From NCBI GenBank assembly GCA_030153785.1, contig JASKLF010000001.1:54353-118352 (forward strand): 64,000 bases of DNA, written 5' to 3'. Below the pieces are notes generated by a model. That model was not told the origin of the DNA. It saw nothing but the letters and a program-made list of their open reading frames with translations, and ran no database searches. Source of the stretch: a bacterium. Its GTDB lineage: Bacteria; Synergistota; GBS-1. Positions 53,770 through 64,000 of the stretch are shown here, piece after piece (position 1 is the first letter of the stretch; each line of letters starts with the position of its first letter). The position numbers were made by a program, and so were the translations under genes.

Positions 53770-54984
53770 ATGCTTGTGGTTCAAAAATATGGAGGATCGT
53801 CAGTTGCAAACCTTGAATTGATAAAAAATGTGGCTCAAAGAGTCAAAAAAACAAAAGAAGAGGGACACGATGTAATAGTAGTCGTGTCTGCCATGGGGAA
53901 AACAACTGATGAGCTTTTAAAGATGGCCTATTCCCTCTCTCCATCCCCTCCAGAGAGAGAGCTTGACATGCTCGCATCTACTGGAGAGCAGATATCTATT
54001 GCTCTTCTCTCAATAGCTTTACACGAGCTCGGCTGTCCCTCCATATCCTTTACGGGGGCCCAAGCAGGGATAATCACTGATAGCTTTTTCACAAGGGCAA
54101 GGATTATCAGGATGGATACCTGGAAAATAAGTGAAGAACTAAGTAAAGGGAAAGTCGTCATCGTAGCCGGTTTTCAAGGAATGAACGAGAAAGGAGAAAT
54201 AACAACTCTTGGAAGAGGAGGATCTGATACTACCGCTGTAGCCTTAGCAGCTGCAATGAAAGCAGATGTATGTGAAATTTACACCGATGTAGATGGAGTT
54301 TATACAGCTGACCCAAGAATAGTTCCCGAAGCAAGACTTCTTAAGGAAATAACATACGACGAGATGTTAGAAATGGCCATAGCAGGAGCCAAAGTGCTTC
54401 AACACAGGGCTGTAGAGTTTGCCAAAAGGTTTTCTGTCCCCTTAAAGGTTAAGTCTTCATTCAATTATAATGAGGGGACCTGGGTAAAGGAGGAGATAAG
54501 CGTGGAAAGAAAAGGCGTAGTCACCGGCGTAACGGTTGACAAAAAAATAGCTAAAGTTACTTTACTTGGAGTCCCAGATATTCCTGGAATAGCGCATAAA
54601 TTCACAAAGGCCTTAGCAAACTCTGGAATAAACATAGATATGATAATTCAAAGTGAGCCAAGAGGAGGATATAATGACATCTCCTTCACCATACCAGAAG
54701 GAGACTTCGAAAAGGCGATAACAATACTTAAAGAGATGTCTGATGAAATAGGAGCAGAGGGAGTTACAGGAGATAAGGGCGTTGCCAAGGTATCCATAAT
54801 AGGAGCAGGTGTATGTTCAAACCCGGAAATACCTGCTACCATGTTTGGCACATTAGCCGAAAATAACATAAACATAGAGCTTATAAGCACATCGGAGGTA
54901 AGGATATCCTGTGTTATAAGAGAATCAAAAGCCGATACGGCTGTGAGAGCTCTTCATAAAGCCTTCAGGTTAGAGGAGGAATAG
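53770..54984 (+). CDS. lysC: Aspartate kinase, monofunctional, with C-terminal ACT domains
   Basis: KYGGSS N-terminal amino-acid-kinase motif and 404 aa. Confidence 0.9.
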   Translation: MLVVQKYGGSSVANLELIKNVAQRVKKTKEEGHDVIVVVSAMGKTTDELLKMAYSLSPSPPERELDMLASTGEQISIALLSIALHELGCPSISFTGAQAGIITDSFFTRARIIRMDTWKISEELSKGKVVIVAGFQGMNEKGEITTLGRGGSDTTAVALAAAMKADVCEIYTDVDGVYTADPRIVPEARLLKEITYDEMLEMAIAGAKVLQHRAVEFAKRFSVPLKVKSSFNYNEGTWVKEEISVERKGVVTGVTVDKKIAKVTLLGVPDIPGIAHKFTKALANSGINIDMIIQSEPRGGYNDISFTIPEGDFEKAITILKEMSDEIGAEGVTGDKGVAKVSIIGAGVCSNPEIPATMFGTLAENNINIELISTSEVRISCVIRESKADTAVRALHKAFRLEEE

Positions 54985-54986
54985 GA

Positions 54987-55988
54987 ATGTACAGCCTGTC
55001 TGTGGTAGGAGCAACCGGAGCTGTTGGAAGAGAGATACTCAAAGTTCTTGAGGAAAGAGAATTTCCCGTTGGGAAAATTTATCTTTTCGCATCAGAAAGG
55101 TCAGCAGGAACGGAGCTTGTCTTTAAAGGAGAAAGGATAAAAGTTATAAAGCTGTCTGAAGAGAATCTTAAAAGCGTAAAAACCGATTTTACCTTTTTCT
55201 CAGCAGGAACATCGATAAGTCAACAGTTTGCCCCTATAGCAGCTTCAACGGGAAGCATCGTCATAGACAACAGCAGAGCCTTTCGATACGAAGACTGGGT
55301 CCCGCTGGTAGTGCCGGAGGTTAACCCCCACGCTGCCTTCAAACACAAGGGTATAATAGCTAACCCAAATTGCTCAACCATCCAAATGGTAGTCGTGCTT
55401 AAACCGCTTCACGATTATGCACAGATAAAAAGAGTAGTTGTAACAACCTTCCAAGCTGTCTCCGGAGCCGGCTGGAGAGCAGTCCTGGAATTACAAAATC
55501 AGATTAAAAACCCACAAGAAGCCCCCTCCGTATTCCCTAAGAGAATAGCCTTCAACGTAATCCCACAAATAGATGTATTTCTTGAAGACCTTTACACGAG
55601 AGAAGAAGATAAGATGAGGAGAGAGACCGTAAAGATAATGGAGGACCCTAATATAAAGGTAACAGCTACGACGGTCAGAGTACCCGTTATAAGAGGGCAT
55701 TCTGAATCGGTCAATATAGAATTTGAAAAGGAAATAAGCCCAGAAAGGGCAAGGGAGCTCCTTAGAAATGCGCCAGGAATAGTGTTAATGGATGACCCAG
55801 TAAATGGTGTATACCCTACAGCTCTGGATGTCGATGGAAAGGACGAAGTCTTCGTTGGAAGAATACGGAAAGATAAAACTGTGGAGTATGGGCTTGACAT
55901 GTGGGTTGTAGCTGATAATCTAAGAAAGGGTGCAGCCACGAATGCAGTTCAAATAGCTCAGCTTCTAATAAGGGGGGGTAATTTCTAA
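54987..55988 (+). CDS. asd: Aspartate-semialdehyde dehydrogenase
   Basis: VVGATGAVG N-terminus and active-site Cys in NPNCSTIQMVV. Confidence 0.9.
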   Translation: MYSLSVVGATGAVGREILKVLEEREFPVGKIYLFASERSAGTELVFKGERIKVIKLSEENLKSVKTDFTFFSAGTSISQQFAPIAASTGSIVIDNSRAFRYEDWVPLVVPEVNPHAAFKHKGIIANPNCSTIQMVVVLKPLHDYAQIKRVVVTTFQAVSGAGWRAVLELQNQIKNPQEAPSVFPKRIAFNVIPQIDVFLEDLYTREEDKMRRETVKIMEDPNIKVTATTVRVPVIRGHSESVNIEFEKEISPERARELLRNAPGIVLMDDPVNGVYPTALDVDGKDEVFVGRIRKDKTVEYGLDMWVVADNLRKGAATNAVQIAQLLIRGGNF

Positions 55989-55989
55989 A

Positions 55990-57192
55990 ATGGACTGGGA
56001 AAGCAGATTCACAGCGTTAGCAAGGGATCGGGTCAAGCCTTCGGGCATCGAGAAGATGCTGAAGCTCATGAGAGCACCGGGAACCATATCTTTGGCGCCG
56101 GGAGAACCTGATCCCAAACTTTATCCTACAGAAGAATTCAAAGAAGCAATTGCCGAAGTAATCGACGAACAGGGCCCTCACGCTTTAAGATATACCATAG
56201 CGGGAGGGTTACCCGAGCTCAAAACCTTTACAATGAACTGGTTCAAAGAATGGGGAATAATAAACAAAAACCTCAATGAGGAGAATATCGTATTCACCCT
56301 CGGCTCCCAGCAGGCACTCGAGATATTAGCTCAGACCTTCCTCGAAAAGGGAGATAAAATAGCGGTTGAAGCTCCTACTTATGCGGAGGCAATGTTAATC
56401 TTCAAGAAATACGAAGCCAGTTTTGTCTCCATTCCCATGGACAAAAACGGCCTCATAGTAGAGGAACTTGAAAAGGCGCTTCAAAAGGAGAGAATAAAGT
56501 TTCTCTACACCATAACCAATTTTCATAACCCCGCTGGGGTGACCCTCGCATGGGAAAGAAGAGAGAGATTGGTTGAGCTCGCGAAAAAGTATGACTTCTT
56601 CATTGTCGAAGATGACCCCTATCACTTCATGAGCTATGAAAGCGATGCCCTACCTTCGATAAACACGATAGATACGGAAAGAGTTCTATCTTTGGGAAGC
56701 TTTTCCAAAGTCATAGTTCCAGGCCTAAGAATAGGATGGATCATGGGACCCAAAGAGGTTGTGGAAAAAACCACACTTGTCAAATACTCCATGGAACTAT
56801 GTCCTCCAATGGTCTTACAAAGTGCACTACATAAAATTCTCTTGAAGAAGAACCTTAAGGAACATGTTAACAGGCTCAGAAGCGTATATAGAGAAAAAAG
56901 AGACGCTCTGGCTAAAGGATTAAACGAGCATCTCAAGCCACTTGGAACAGAGTATGTGATACCCCAAGGTGGATTCTTCTTCTGGGTTAAGCTTCCCGAG
57001 AAGGTCGATTCGGAAGAGTTAACCCTTAAGGCAGTCCAAGAATACAAGGTAGGAATCGTTCCCGGAACAGGTTTCTTCGTAGAACCTGAAAAAGGGAAAA
57101 ATTACATCCGTTTAGCATTTTCCTTACTCGAACCTGAAACACTAATGGAAGGAAGCGCAAGACTTGGAAAAGCTTTAAAAAGCATGCTTTAA
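55990..57192 (+). CDS. Class I/II PLP aminotransferase of the LysN / 2-aminoadipate-aromatic / aspartate aminotransferase family
   Basis: 400 aa with SFSKVIVPGLRIGW (PLP lysine). No HTH. Last gene of the thr cluster. Confidence 0.75.
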   Translation: MDWESRFTALARDRVKPSGIEKMLKLMRAPGTISLAPGEPDPKLYPTEEFKEAIAEVIDEQGPHALRYTIAGGLPELKTFTMNWFKEWGIINKNLNEENIVFTLGSQQALEILAQTFLEKGDKIAVEAPTYAEAMLIFKKYEASFVSIPMDKNGLIVEELEKALQKERIKFLYTITNFHNPAGVTLAWERRERLVELAKKYDFFIVEDDPYHFMSYESDALPSINTIDTERVLSLGSFSKVIVPGLRIGWIMGPKEVVEKTTLVKYSMELCPPMVLQSALHKILLKKNLKEHVNRLRSVYREKRDALAKGLNEHLKPLGTEYVIPQGGFFFWVKLPEKVDSEELTLKAVQEYKVGIVPGTGFFVEPEKGKNYIRLAFSLLEPETLMEGSARLGKALKSML

Positions 57193-57194
57193 AA

Positions 57195-57240
57195 CAAAAA
57201 AGGGCTACCCCTTCCGAGTTTTAGGGTAGCCCTTTTTTCT
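57195..57240. terminator. Bidirectional rho-independent terminator (AAAAAAGGGCTACCC...GGGTAGCCCTTTTTT)
   Basis: 9-bp GC stem flanked by an A-run on one side and a T-run on the other. It sits between convergent gene ends. Confidence 0.75.
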
Positions 57241-57253
57241 TCCTTTAATTCTC

Positions 57254-58747
57254 CTACTTTTTAAGGGCTATCCTCTTTTCCTCTCCACCAGAAAGTTTTT
57301 CCAATATACCGCCTAACATGCTTACCAATTGCTGAGACAATCTCTCTGCTTCCTCATAGTGTTTTAATGCCGAACCTTTATCCTTCCTTTTAATGGCATC
57401 AATAACCTTCTTGCCAGCTTCATGAAGCTTCCTATGGGGCTCCTCTATGGCCCTCCAATCAGAAGATACAGCTTCGATAGTCACCGGCACGGCATAATAA
57501 AAGTGCCCAAAGGCACATCTCGTATGATCTACCTGAAGGGGAAGGAGCTCCCCTTTATCTACTATATCCCTGAGAGTCTTAATCCAATTTTTATGAGCTG
57601 ACAAAGCCTTATTGATAACACCTATAATCTCCTCCTTAGAAACGGTATAATACCCTTCTTTCAAACTCTCAAAGAGCTCCTTCATAACTTCAGAAAATAT
57701 ATTATCAAGTTCGTAAATGCGTCTTGACTGCTCCAACAGGTCTTGAGAAACCTTTTCTATGGTTTCGGCAAGCGCGCTCAAATGCTCGGAATCCTTAGCC
57801 AAGGAATCCATGGCAGCTTTGACTTCCTCAGATGAGGCGGTAATAGTTTCTGCCGATTGGCTTATTTCCTCTATGCTGGTTGAAATATCATGGAACATTT
57901 CTATGTTCTTCCTTATAGTCCCGTTGATAACATCTATTTTCTCGCTCATTCTGGAAGTAGCCTCGCTTGTTGCACGAAGGCTCTTTTCACTTTCTCCCGC
58001 CTTCTCTTGAATAGTCTTAGTAAATTGACGCATCTCATTGAGGTTATTCCTCGTGCTTTCAGCAAGCTTCCTTATCTCCTCAGCAACCACAGCAAAGCCC
58101 CTTCCTGCCTCCCCCGCTCTGGCCGCTTCTATGGCAGCGTTAAGAGCGAGAAGGTTCGTTTGCTCTGCAATCTGCTCAACACTTCCAACGATATTTTCAA
58201 CCTTCCTTATAAGCCCTATAAGCTCCCCCATCGTATTTGCCATGACCTCAGTTTGAGAAACGAGAACCTCTTTCAAGGAGTTTACTTCGGCAAGAAGCTT
58301 TATGCTCTCATCATTCTTCTGCTGGAGAAGCTCAGCACCTTCCCTTACGCTACCGAGCTTATCGGTAATAACTTGAATAGAGCGAGTAACTTCGTCCATG
58401 CCCGCTGTGGTTTCCTCAACGACCGCCAAATTAGACTGGCTTAAGGAGGCCATCTCATCAACGAGCTCCTTGAGGCGACTGGATATGTGGCTTATTTCCA
58501 CATCAAATCTGCTCATATCAGTAACGGTATCAAGAAGCCTTCGAGCCACCTCCCCAGCCTTAGCCTCAACATCAAATATGGATTCAAAGATCTTTAAAAG
58601 TCGCTCGTGCGGCCCATAAGCTGCTTTAGGTTTTTCCTTTATCTTGCCCTTCCTCATTGCATCCACATAATCCATTATTGTCAAAGCTTCTTTACAGCGT
58701 GAAGAAAAACCCCCAAAGCTTAGCTTCCCAAACATTCCCTTAAACAC
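57254..58747 (-). CDS. Soluble (no TM) methyl-accepting chemotaxis protein with a C-terminal chemoreceptor zinc-binding (CZB) domain
   Basis: MCP signalling domain ([32 protein letters not shown]). No hydrophobic N-terminal segments. C-terminal HKNWIKTLR...[11 protein letters not shown] fits the CZB H-x3-W...C-x-F-G pattern. Confidence 0.8.
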   Translation of the reverse strand: MFKGMFGKLSFGGFSSRCKEALTIMDYVDAMRKGKIKEKPKAAYGPHERLLKIFESIFDVEAKAGEVARRLLDTVTDMSRFDVEISHISSRLKELVDEMASLSQSNLAVVEETTAGMDEVTRSIQVITDKLGSVREGAELLQQKNDESIKLLAEVNSLKEVLVSQTEVMANTMGELIGLIRKVENIVGSVEQIAEQTNLLALNAAIEAARAGEAGRGFAVVAEEIRKLAESTRNNLNEMRQFTKTIQEKAGESEKSLRATSEATSRMSEKIDVINGTIRKNIEMFHDISTSIEEISQSAETITASSEEVKAAMDSLAKDSEHLSALAETIEKVSQDLLEQSRRIYELDNIFSEVMKELFESLKEGYYTVSKEEIIGVINKALSAHKNWIKTLRDIVDKGELLPLQVDHTRCAFGHFYYAVPVTIEAVSSDWRAIEEPHRKLHEAGKKVIDAIKRKDKGSALKHYEEAERLSQQLVSMLGGILEKLSGGEEKRIALKK

Positions 58748-58751
58748 CTCC

Positions 58752-59675
58752 TTAATATTCCCTTTCCTCCCTTGAATAGGGCTTCATTAAAGCAACAGGA
58801 GCCCCAATTCTTCTTCTCACACCCTCGCTGGATATGAAGGAAAGAACCGCTATGGTCAAGGCATAAGGGAGCATCATGAGGAGGTGGGGAGAAATAGCAG
58901 AACCCATAGCCTGAATCCTAAGTTGCAAGGAGGCAACTCCTCCAAAGAGATAAGAAGCCAATAAAGCCCTCAATGGGTCCCATGCAGAGAAGATAACGAG
59001 AGCTACAGCGATCCATCCCCTTCCCGCGCTCATATTCTCTATCCACATGGACGTATAAGCCAATGAGAGATATGCTCCTCCCAAAGAAGTTAACATCCCT
59101 CCAAAGGTAACGTAAATATATCTCGTTTTAAAAACATTTATTCCAACGGCATCGGCAGCTTTAGGGTCTTCACCAACCGCCCTTAAATTCATACCGAACC
59201 TCGTTTTGAATATATAAAACCAGGAGAGAGGGACAAGAATATAAGCCAGATAGACCAAGGGATCGTGATAAAAAAGGACATCTCCAACAAAAGGAATCTT
59301 GCTCAAAAGAGGAACTGGAACGGGTGAAAACTGGGGAGCCGTTTTTCCTATAAAGGATTGGCCATAATAACCGCTCAAGCCCATACCAAGCATGGTCAAA
59401 GCCAATCCAGCTACCACTTGATTAACCCTCAAAGTCACGGTTAAGAAGGCATAAAGAAAAGCTAACATTCCACCAACTAAAAGAGCTAACAATACGCCAA
59501 ACCATACCGAAGAGGTAACATAGGAGCCAACAAAACCCGCCAAAGCCCCAACAAGCATCAGTCCCTCTAAGCCGAGATTAAGAACTCCCGACCTTTCAGC
59601 AAAGATTTCTCCTAACGTGGCATAAAGAAGTGGAGTCCCCGCTCTAATCGCAGCCGTAAAGATGGCTTCAAGCAA
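58752..59675 (-). CDS. ABC transporter permease (BMP/nucleoside-sugar type)
   Basis: 307-aa polytopic protein. Its operon position matches the second permease of CUT2-like nucleoside transporters. Confidence 0.8.
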   Translation of the reverse strand: MLEAIFTAAIRAGTPLLYATLGEIFAERSGVLNLGLEGLMLVGALAGFVGSYVTSSVWFGVLLALLVGGMLAFLYAFLTVTLRVNQVVAGLALTMLGMGLSGYYGQSFIGKTAPQFSPVPVPLLSKIPFVGDVLFYHDPLVYLAYILVPLSWFYIFKTRFGMNLRAVGEDPKAADAVGINVFKTRYIYVTFGGMLTSLGGAYLSLAYTSMWIENMSAGRGWIAVALVIFSAWDPLRALLASYLFGGVASLQLRIQAMGSAISPHLLMMLPYALTIAVLSFISSEGVRRRIGAPVALMKPYSREEREY

Positions 59676-59681
59676 TAGCGC

Positions 59682-60737
59682 TCACCTCACAACCCTTACT
59701 TTATACCTTATCAGAACATCTCCAATTAAAACGCAAATAAACAAGATAGCTTGAAAAATATATACTACGGAAATGGGAAGCTTCATGACTATCTGGAGAA
59801 TTTCACAACCCACGAATATGCCCCCTAAGAAGAAAGAAACGAGAAGCGCGGCTACAGGATGTAGCCTAGAAAGCCAAGCTACTATTATAGCGGTATAACC
59901 ATAACCCGGCGAAAAACCATGCTGTAACCGATGCTGAACCCCCATAACATAGAGCGCTCCCGAAAGACCGGCAATACCACCGCTAATCATCAGCGTTAGA
60001 ATTATGTTCTTCCTAATATTCATGCCAGCACAGGAAGCCGCATCTGGATTGTCCCCTATAACCTTTATCTCAAACCCCCACCTGGTGCGCTCTAAAATCA
60101 CTCTCAACACAAGAGCCAAGGCTATAGGAACCAATATTCCCATGTGGACCTTTCCCCATATATAAGGAAGTTTTGCACTATCAGGGAAAATGGGTGTCAT
60201 GGGGAAACCGAAGCTTCCAGGGTCCTTCCACGCTCCATAAACCAGATAGTCAGTCCAAAGTATAGCTATATAGTTAAGCATTAAAGTTACAACTATTTCA
60301 TCTGCACCAAGGAAGGCCTTCATCAAACCGGGGAGAAAAGCCCATATACTACCACCAATGAAACCACCTAAGGCTAAAAGAGGAATAAGAAGGGCTGAAT
60401 GCAAAGATGGTAGAAAGAACAAGGCTAAGAAGGTTGTAAACATGGCTCCCACATAAAACTGACCCTCCCCTCCTATGTTCCAAACCTTCATCTTAAAGGC
60501 TAATATCAATCCGAGTGCTATCAATGAAAGGGTGGAGAACTTTATTAAAGTTCCCTCTAAACCAACCTTCCGCATAAAGGCCCAAATGAACATCGTTTTA
60601 TAAGCCCCCACAGGGTCCCTACCCGTAAAGAACATGAACAAAGTGAAAATCAAAAAGGCCAAACCCACAGAGAGAAGCATCATCGAAATTTCGAAAAGTT
60701 TGCTGCTTTCAACCCTAGGTTCAAAACTCAATCTCAT
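59682..60737 (-). CDS. ABC transporter permease
   Basis: 351-aa polytopic protein, first permease of the operon. Confidence 0.8.
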   Translation of the reverse strand: MRLSFEPRVESSKLFEISMMLLSVGLAFLIFTLFMFFTGRDPVGAYKTMFIWAFMRKVGLEGTLIKFSTLSLIALGLILAFKMKVWNIGGEGQFYVGAMFTTFLALFFLPSLHSALLIPLLALGGFIGGSIWAFLPGLMKAFLGADEIVVTLMLNYIAILWTDYLVYGAWKDPGSFGFPMTPIFPDSAKLPYIWGKVHMGILVPIALALVLRVILERTRWGFEIKVIGDNPDAASCAGMNIRKNIILTLMISGGIAGLSGALYVMGVQHRLQHGFSPGYGYTAIIVAWLSRLHPVAALLVSFFLGGIFVGCEILQIVMKLPISVVYIFQAILFICVLIGDVLIRYKVRVVR

Positions 60738-62283
60738 CCCAATTCTCCCCCATTCCCGCCATTAGCATGCCAATTTCGTGAAGGTACTCTTCCTTCGGAG
60801 GAAAATCACCATAGAGCTTTCCCTCATATATAACCTTGACTCTATCCGAGAGAGCAAAAATCTCCTCTAAATCACCAGCTATAAGTAAAACCGCTGTCCC
60901 TTTGGATGCAGCCTCAAGGATTCTTCCATATACGAATTCCATTGCACCAATATCAAGCCCCCATGTGGGATGAAAAGCGATAAGTAGCTTCTTCTTCCCT
61001 TCAAGTTCCCTTGCAAGAATCAGCCTTTGAAGATTTCCTCCGGAAAGAAGTTTTACGGGCATATTCTTTCCCGAAATTTTTATATCGTATTTATCAATCA
61101 GAGAATCAGCAACCCTATCCATATACTCCAAATTCAAAAAGGGTCCCCTCGAAAAGGGAGGAACCCTATAGCTTTTAAGAAAGAGATTCTCAACCACCGT
61201 AAGGTTAGGAGCTATGCCATATTTTCTTCTATCTTCGGGGATAAATCCCCCACCCTTATCTATAAAAAACCTCGCTCCCTTATTCGTTATATCTTCCCCA
61301 TCCAAAAAGACCTTACCGTTCGAAGCTTTCCTCAAACCTACCAAGACTTCCGCAAGTTCCCTTTGGCCATTACCAGCAACACCAGCTATACCAAGGATTT
61401 CTCCCTCTCTTATGGAAAAGGAAATACCCTTCAAGGCTTTTATTCCTTTATCATTATAGGCCTCAAGGTTTTCTACCTTAAAAACAACATCCCCTATAGT
61501 CTTAGTCGTCTTTTCCATCTTAAAAAGCACTTCCCTACCAACCATCATCTTGGCAAGCTCAGCAGGAGAGGTCTTATCCTTATCTACAGTGTTTACAACA
61601 ACTCCCTTTCGCATCACCGTTATCCTGTCAGATATCTCCATAACCTCATTAAGCTTGTGAGATATGAAAACTATTGCCTTTCCTTCCTCTTTAAACCTCC
61701 TCAAAGTACCAAAAAGAGCTTGAATTTCCTGAGGGGTTAAAACGGAAGTAGGCTCATCGAGTATTAAAATGTCCACATCCCGCATAAGAAGCTTCAGTAT
61801 CTCAACCTTTTGCATTTCTCCAGCAGAAAGCTGCCAAACTTTCGCGTAGGGGTCAACCGTAAAACCATATTCCTTAGATATCCTTTCAAATTTTAAAGCT
61901 AATTCCTTAAGGGAGACTCCCTCAATCCCTAAAGATACATTCTCAAGAACAGAAAGAGAGGGAACCAAAGTGAAGCTCTGCTGGACCATGCCTATACCTA
62001 AAGAGAGGGCTTTCGCAGGAGAAGTTATCTTTTCCCTCCTCCCCCTTATCCAAATCTCTCCCTCATCAGGCTGATAGAGGCCATAAAGAATATTAACCAG
62101 AGTGGTTTTGCCTGCCCCATTCTCTCCCAAAAGGGCATGCACTTCACCAAATTTCAGATCGAAATTTACCCTTTCATTAGCAACAACCCCTGGAAATCTT
62201 TTGACTATTCCCCTTAATTGGACTGCGAAACCATCAGGGGAAGGAAGGGAAAACCCCCCTTCCCCGTTACCATGTATCTCCAT
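60721..62283 (-). CDS. ABC transporter ATP-binding protein with duplicated NBD (CUT2 family)
   Basis: Two Walker A motifs (GENGAGKTT and GVAGNGQRE) and two LSGG signatures. Confidence 0.9.
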   Translation of the reverse strand: MEIHGNGEGGFSLPSPDGFAVQLRGIVKRFPGVVANERVNFDLKFGEVHALLGENGAGKTTLVNILYGLYQPDEGEIWIRGRREKITSPAKALSLGIGMVQQSFTLVPSLSVLENVSLGIEGVSLKELALKFERISKEYGFTVDPYAKVWQLSAGEMQKVEILKLLMRDVDILILDEPTSVLTPQEIQALFGTLRRFKEEGKAIVFISHKLNEVMEISDRITVMRKGVVVNTVDKDKTSPAELAKMMVGREVLFKMEKTTKTIGDVVFKVENLEAYNDKGIKALKGISFSIREGEILGIAGVAGNGQRELAEVLVGLRKASNGKVFLDGEDITNKGARFFIDKGGGFIPEDRRKYGIAPNLTVVENLFLKSYRVPPFSRGPFLNLEYMDRVADSLIDKYDIKISGKNMPVKLLSGGNLQRLILARELEGKKKLLIAFHPTWGLDIGAMEFVYGRILEAASKGTAVLLIAGDLEEIFALSDRVKVIYEGKLYGDFPPKEEYLHEIGMLMAGMGENWDEIEF

Positions 62284-63362
62284 TATTTCTGAGGAATTTT
62301 CCCCACTACACCTTCTACAAAGTAGCTCATCTCACGGAGTTCGGCGTCTGTAGCAACCTTACCATCGGGAATCCTTAATTTGCCCTCCTGATCCAATATG
62401 GGTCCAGTGAAAGGATGGAATTTACCAGAAACTATAAGCTCTTTATACTTCTCCACTTCCTTTCTAACATCTTCGGGAACCATTGGTCCAAAGGGAGCCA
62501 AATCGACCACTCCCTTATCCATACCCCACCATATGTCCTCGCTTTTCCAAGTACCATCTAAAACATTCTTGACAACATAAGCATATATTACTCCCCAATT
62601 CCATATAGGAGCCGTAAGATGCGCCTTTGGAGCAAAACTACTCATGTCCGAGTTATATCCTATAGAATAAACACCTTTTTCCTGCGCCGCTTGCTGAGGA
62701 GCTGGAGAATCCTGATGCTGAGCTATAACATCACAGCCGGCCTCGATCAGACTCAAAGCTGCCTCCTTTTCAGTAGCAGGGTCGTACCAAGTATTGCTCC
62801 ATACCACATGAACCGTAGCCTTTGGGTTAACCTTCCTAACCCCAAGAGTAAAAGCATTAATACCCCTTATAACCTCGGGGATAGGATGTGCCGCTACATA
62901 CCCAATTTTATTGCTCTTCGTCATCCTGCCAGCTACTATGCCACTCAAGAATCGAGCCTCATACATCCTACCAAAATAAATCCCAACGTTTTTGGCCATC
63001 TTAAATCCGGAGCAATGCATAAAAACCACATTCGGATACTTCTTCGCCACTTCAATGGTAGGGTCCATAAATCCATAGCTGGTAGTAAATACCACCTTAC
63101 ACCCCATAGCTACAAGATGTTCTATGGCTCTTGCCGCTTCAGCTCCTTCGGGAACCGACTCAAGATAGATGGTTTCGATATTAGGAAATTGCTTCTCGAG
63201 ATACTTCCTGCCCTGGTCGTGGGCATAAGTCCAACCAGCATCTCCAACGGGACCGACGTAGATAAAACCTACCTTAAACTTTTCTTCAGCGGCAAAAGCA
63301 GATATACCGAAAGCCCCTAAAAAGATCGAAAAAACTACCAACCCTACTAATGCCTTCCTCAA
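62283..63362 (-). CDS. BMP-family (PnrA/Med-like) ABC substrate-binding lipoprotein. Probable purine nucleoside receptor.
   Basis: Signal peptide then KFKVGFIYVGPVGDAGWTYAHDQG, the BMP family hallmark N-terminus. Confidence 0.85.
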   Translation of the reverse strand: MRKALVGLVVFSIFLGAFGISAFAAEEKFKVGFIYVGPVGDAGWTYAHDQGRKYLEKQFPNIETIYLESVPEGAEAARAIEHLVAMGCKVVFTTSYGFMDPTIEVAKKYPNVVFMHCSGFKMAKNVGIYFGRMYEARFLSGIVAGRMTKSNKIGYVAAHPIPEVIRGINAFTLGVRKVNPKATVHVVWSNTWYDPATEKEAALSLIEAGCDVIAQHQDSPAPQQAAQEKGVYSIGYNSDMSSFAPKAHLTAPIWNWGVIYAYVVKNVLDGTWKSEDIWWGMDKGVVDLAPFGPMVPEDVRKEVEKYKELIVSGKFHPFTGPILDQEGKLRIPDGKVATDAELREMSYFVEGVVGKIPQK

Positions 63363-63377
63363 GAGAGAAACACCTCC

Positions 63378-64000
63378 CTATTCTATTATTTCAAGATTTA
63401 ACAAATACTTCCTCTGGTCATCGCTTAGCCTAATATTGTGTTCTCTTTCTGGAATTTGGACATCCTTTTCAATACCAAAAAGGGGCGTAGAGAAATACCT
63501 AAGACCATTATCGTTTATAAAGGTAACTATTCTTTTAAATTCCGGATACCGCTTGGAAAGTTTAACGGCAGCCGCCACATTATGCCCAGAAGATATGCCA
63601 CAAAGAATTCCCTCGAGACGGGCCAACTTCCTTGCCATCTCAATAGCCTCGTCAGATGTGGTAAGTATAACACCATCTATGAGAGAAAGGTCAAGATTGG
63701 GAGGAATAAAACCATCACCTATCCCTTCTATCTTGTGAGACCCCCATTGCCCTTTAGACAAAAAGGGAGCTTCTTGAGGTTCGGCTGTATAAACCTTTAC
63801 CGAAGGGTCCTGCTCTTTCAAATAACGAGCTACCCCTGAGACGGTTCCTCCCGTTCCCTGGGTTTGGACTAAGGCATCCAGTTTCCCTTCCATCTGTTCC
63901 CAGATTTCAGGCCCAGTAGTGTAATAGTGAGCCAAGGGGTTATTGGGATTATCGTATTGAGAAACCACAAAATACTTATCAGGATCCTGGGAAACGATTT
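63378..64000 (-). CDS. cysK: Cysteine synthase (O-acetylserine sulfhydrylase), C-terminal part. The gene continues beyond the window end.
   Basis: GTGGTVSGV glycine loop and the fold-type II C-terminal region. No start codon in the window. Confidence 0.8.
   Translation of the reverse strand, partial: IVSQDPDKYFVVSQYDNPNNPLAHYYTTGPEIWEQMEGKLDALVQTQGTGGTVSGVARYLKEQDPSVKVYTAEPQEAPFLSKGQWGSHKIEGIGDGFIPPNLDLSLIDGVILTTSDEAIEMARKLARLEGILCGISSGHNVAAAVKLSKRYPEFKRIVTFINDNGLRYFSTPLFGIEKDVQIPEREHNIRLSDDQRKYLLNLEIIE

Noticed and set aside
53760-53771. Apparent frameshift or extra G at the thrB/lysC junction when counting the printed sequence
   Set aside because: The ORF track, computed from the true sequence, gives a clean TAA stop and an ATG start one nucleotide apart. 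The discrepancy is a 1-nt counting uncertainty in my manual indexing, not a biological frameshift.

Overview
This 64-kb window is a densely coding bacterial chromosomal region with about 59 CDS. I found no rRNA, tRNA, CRISPR array or transposase; intergenic spaces are too short for tRNAs and contain no repeat arrays. The proteins are K/E/R-rich and the organism looks like a moderately AT-rich thermophilic anaerobe (PorGDAB, EtfAB, EF-G2 paralog, CdaA), but I cannot name the species. Most of the content is core metabolism organised in long co-directional operons. Working through the window: a por operon; a lactate-utilisation cluster (GntR regulator, EtfB, EtfA, FAD-dependent LDH, LarA-type racemase) like the electron-bifurcating Lct system; a transporter plus two aminotransferases; ilvD; a TRAP transporter; an isolated KaiC-like ATPase with a small partner; cdaA-cdaR-glmM fused to trkA-trkH; a roughly 17-kb minus-strand string of housekeeping genes; leuCDB; an Asp-to-Thr operon headed by an unknown protein; and a cytoplasmic CZB chemoreceptor fused to a nucleoside ABC importer. 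The most striking non-coding signal is a perfect 20-nt palindrome, three GTATAC units, sitting at the start of the GntR gene. I take it to be the operator of the lactate cluster. The candidates for undescribed function are the KaiC-like two-gene island and the 243-aa unknown protein that heads a threonine operon lacking homoserine dehydrogenase. Coordinates follow the ORF track; motif coordinates read from the printed sequence may be off by 1 nt.
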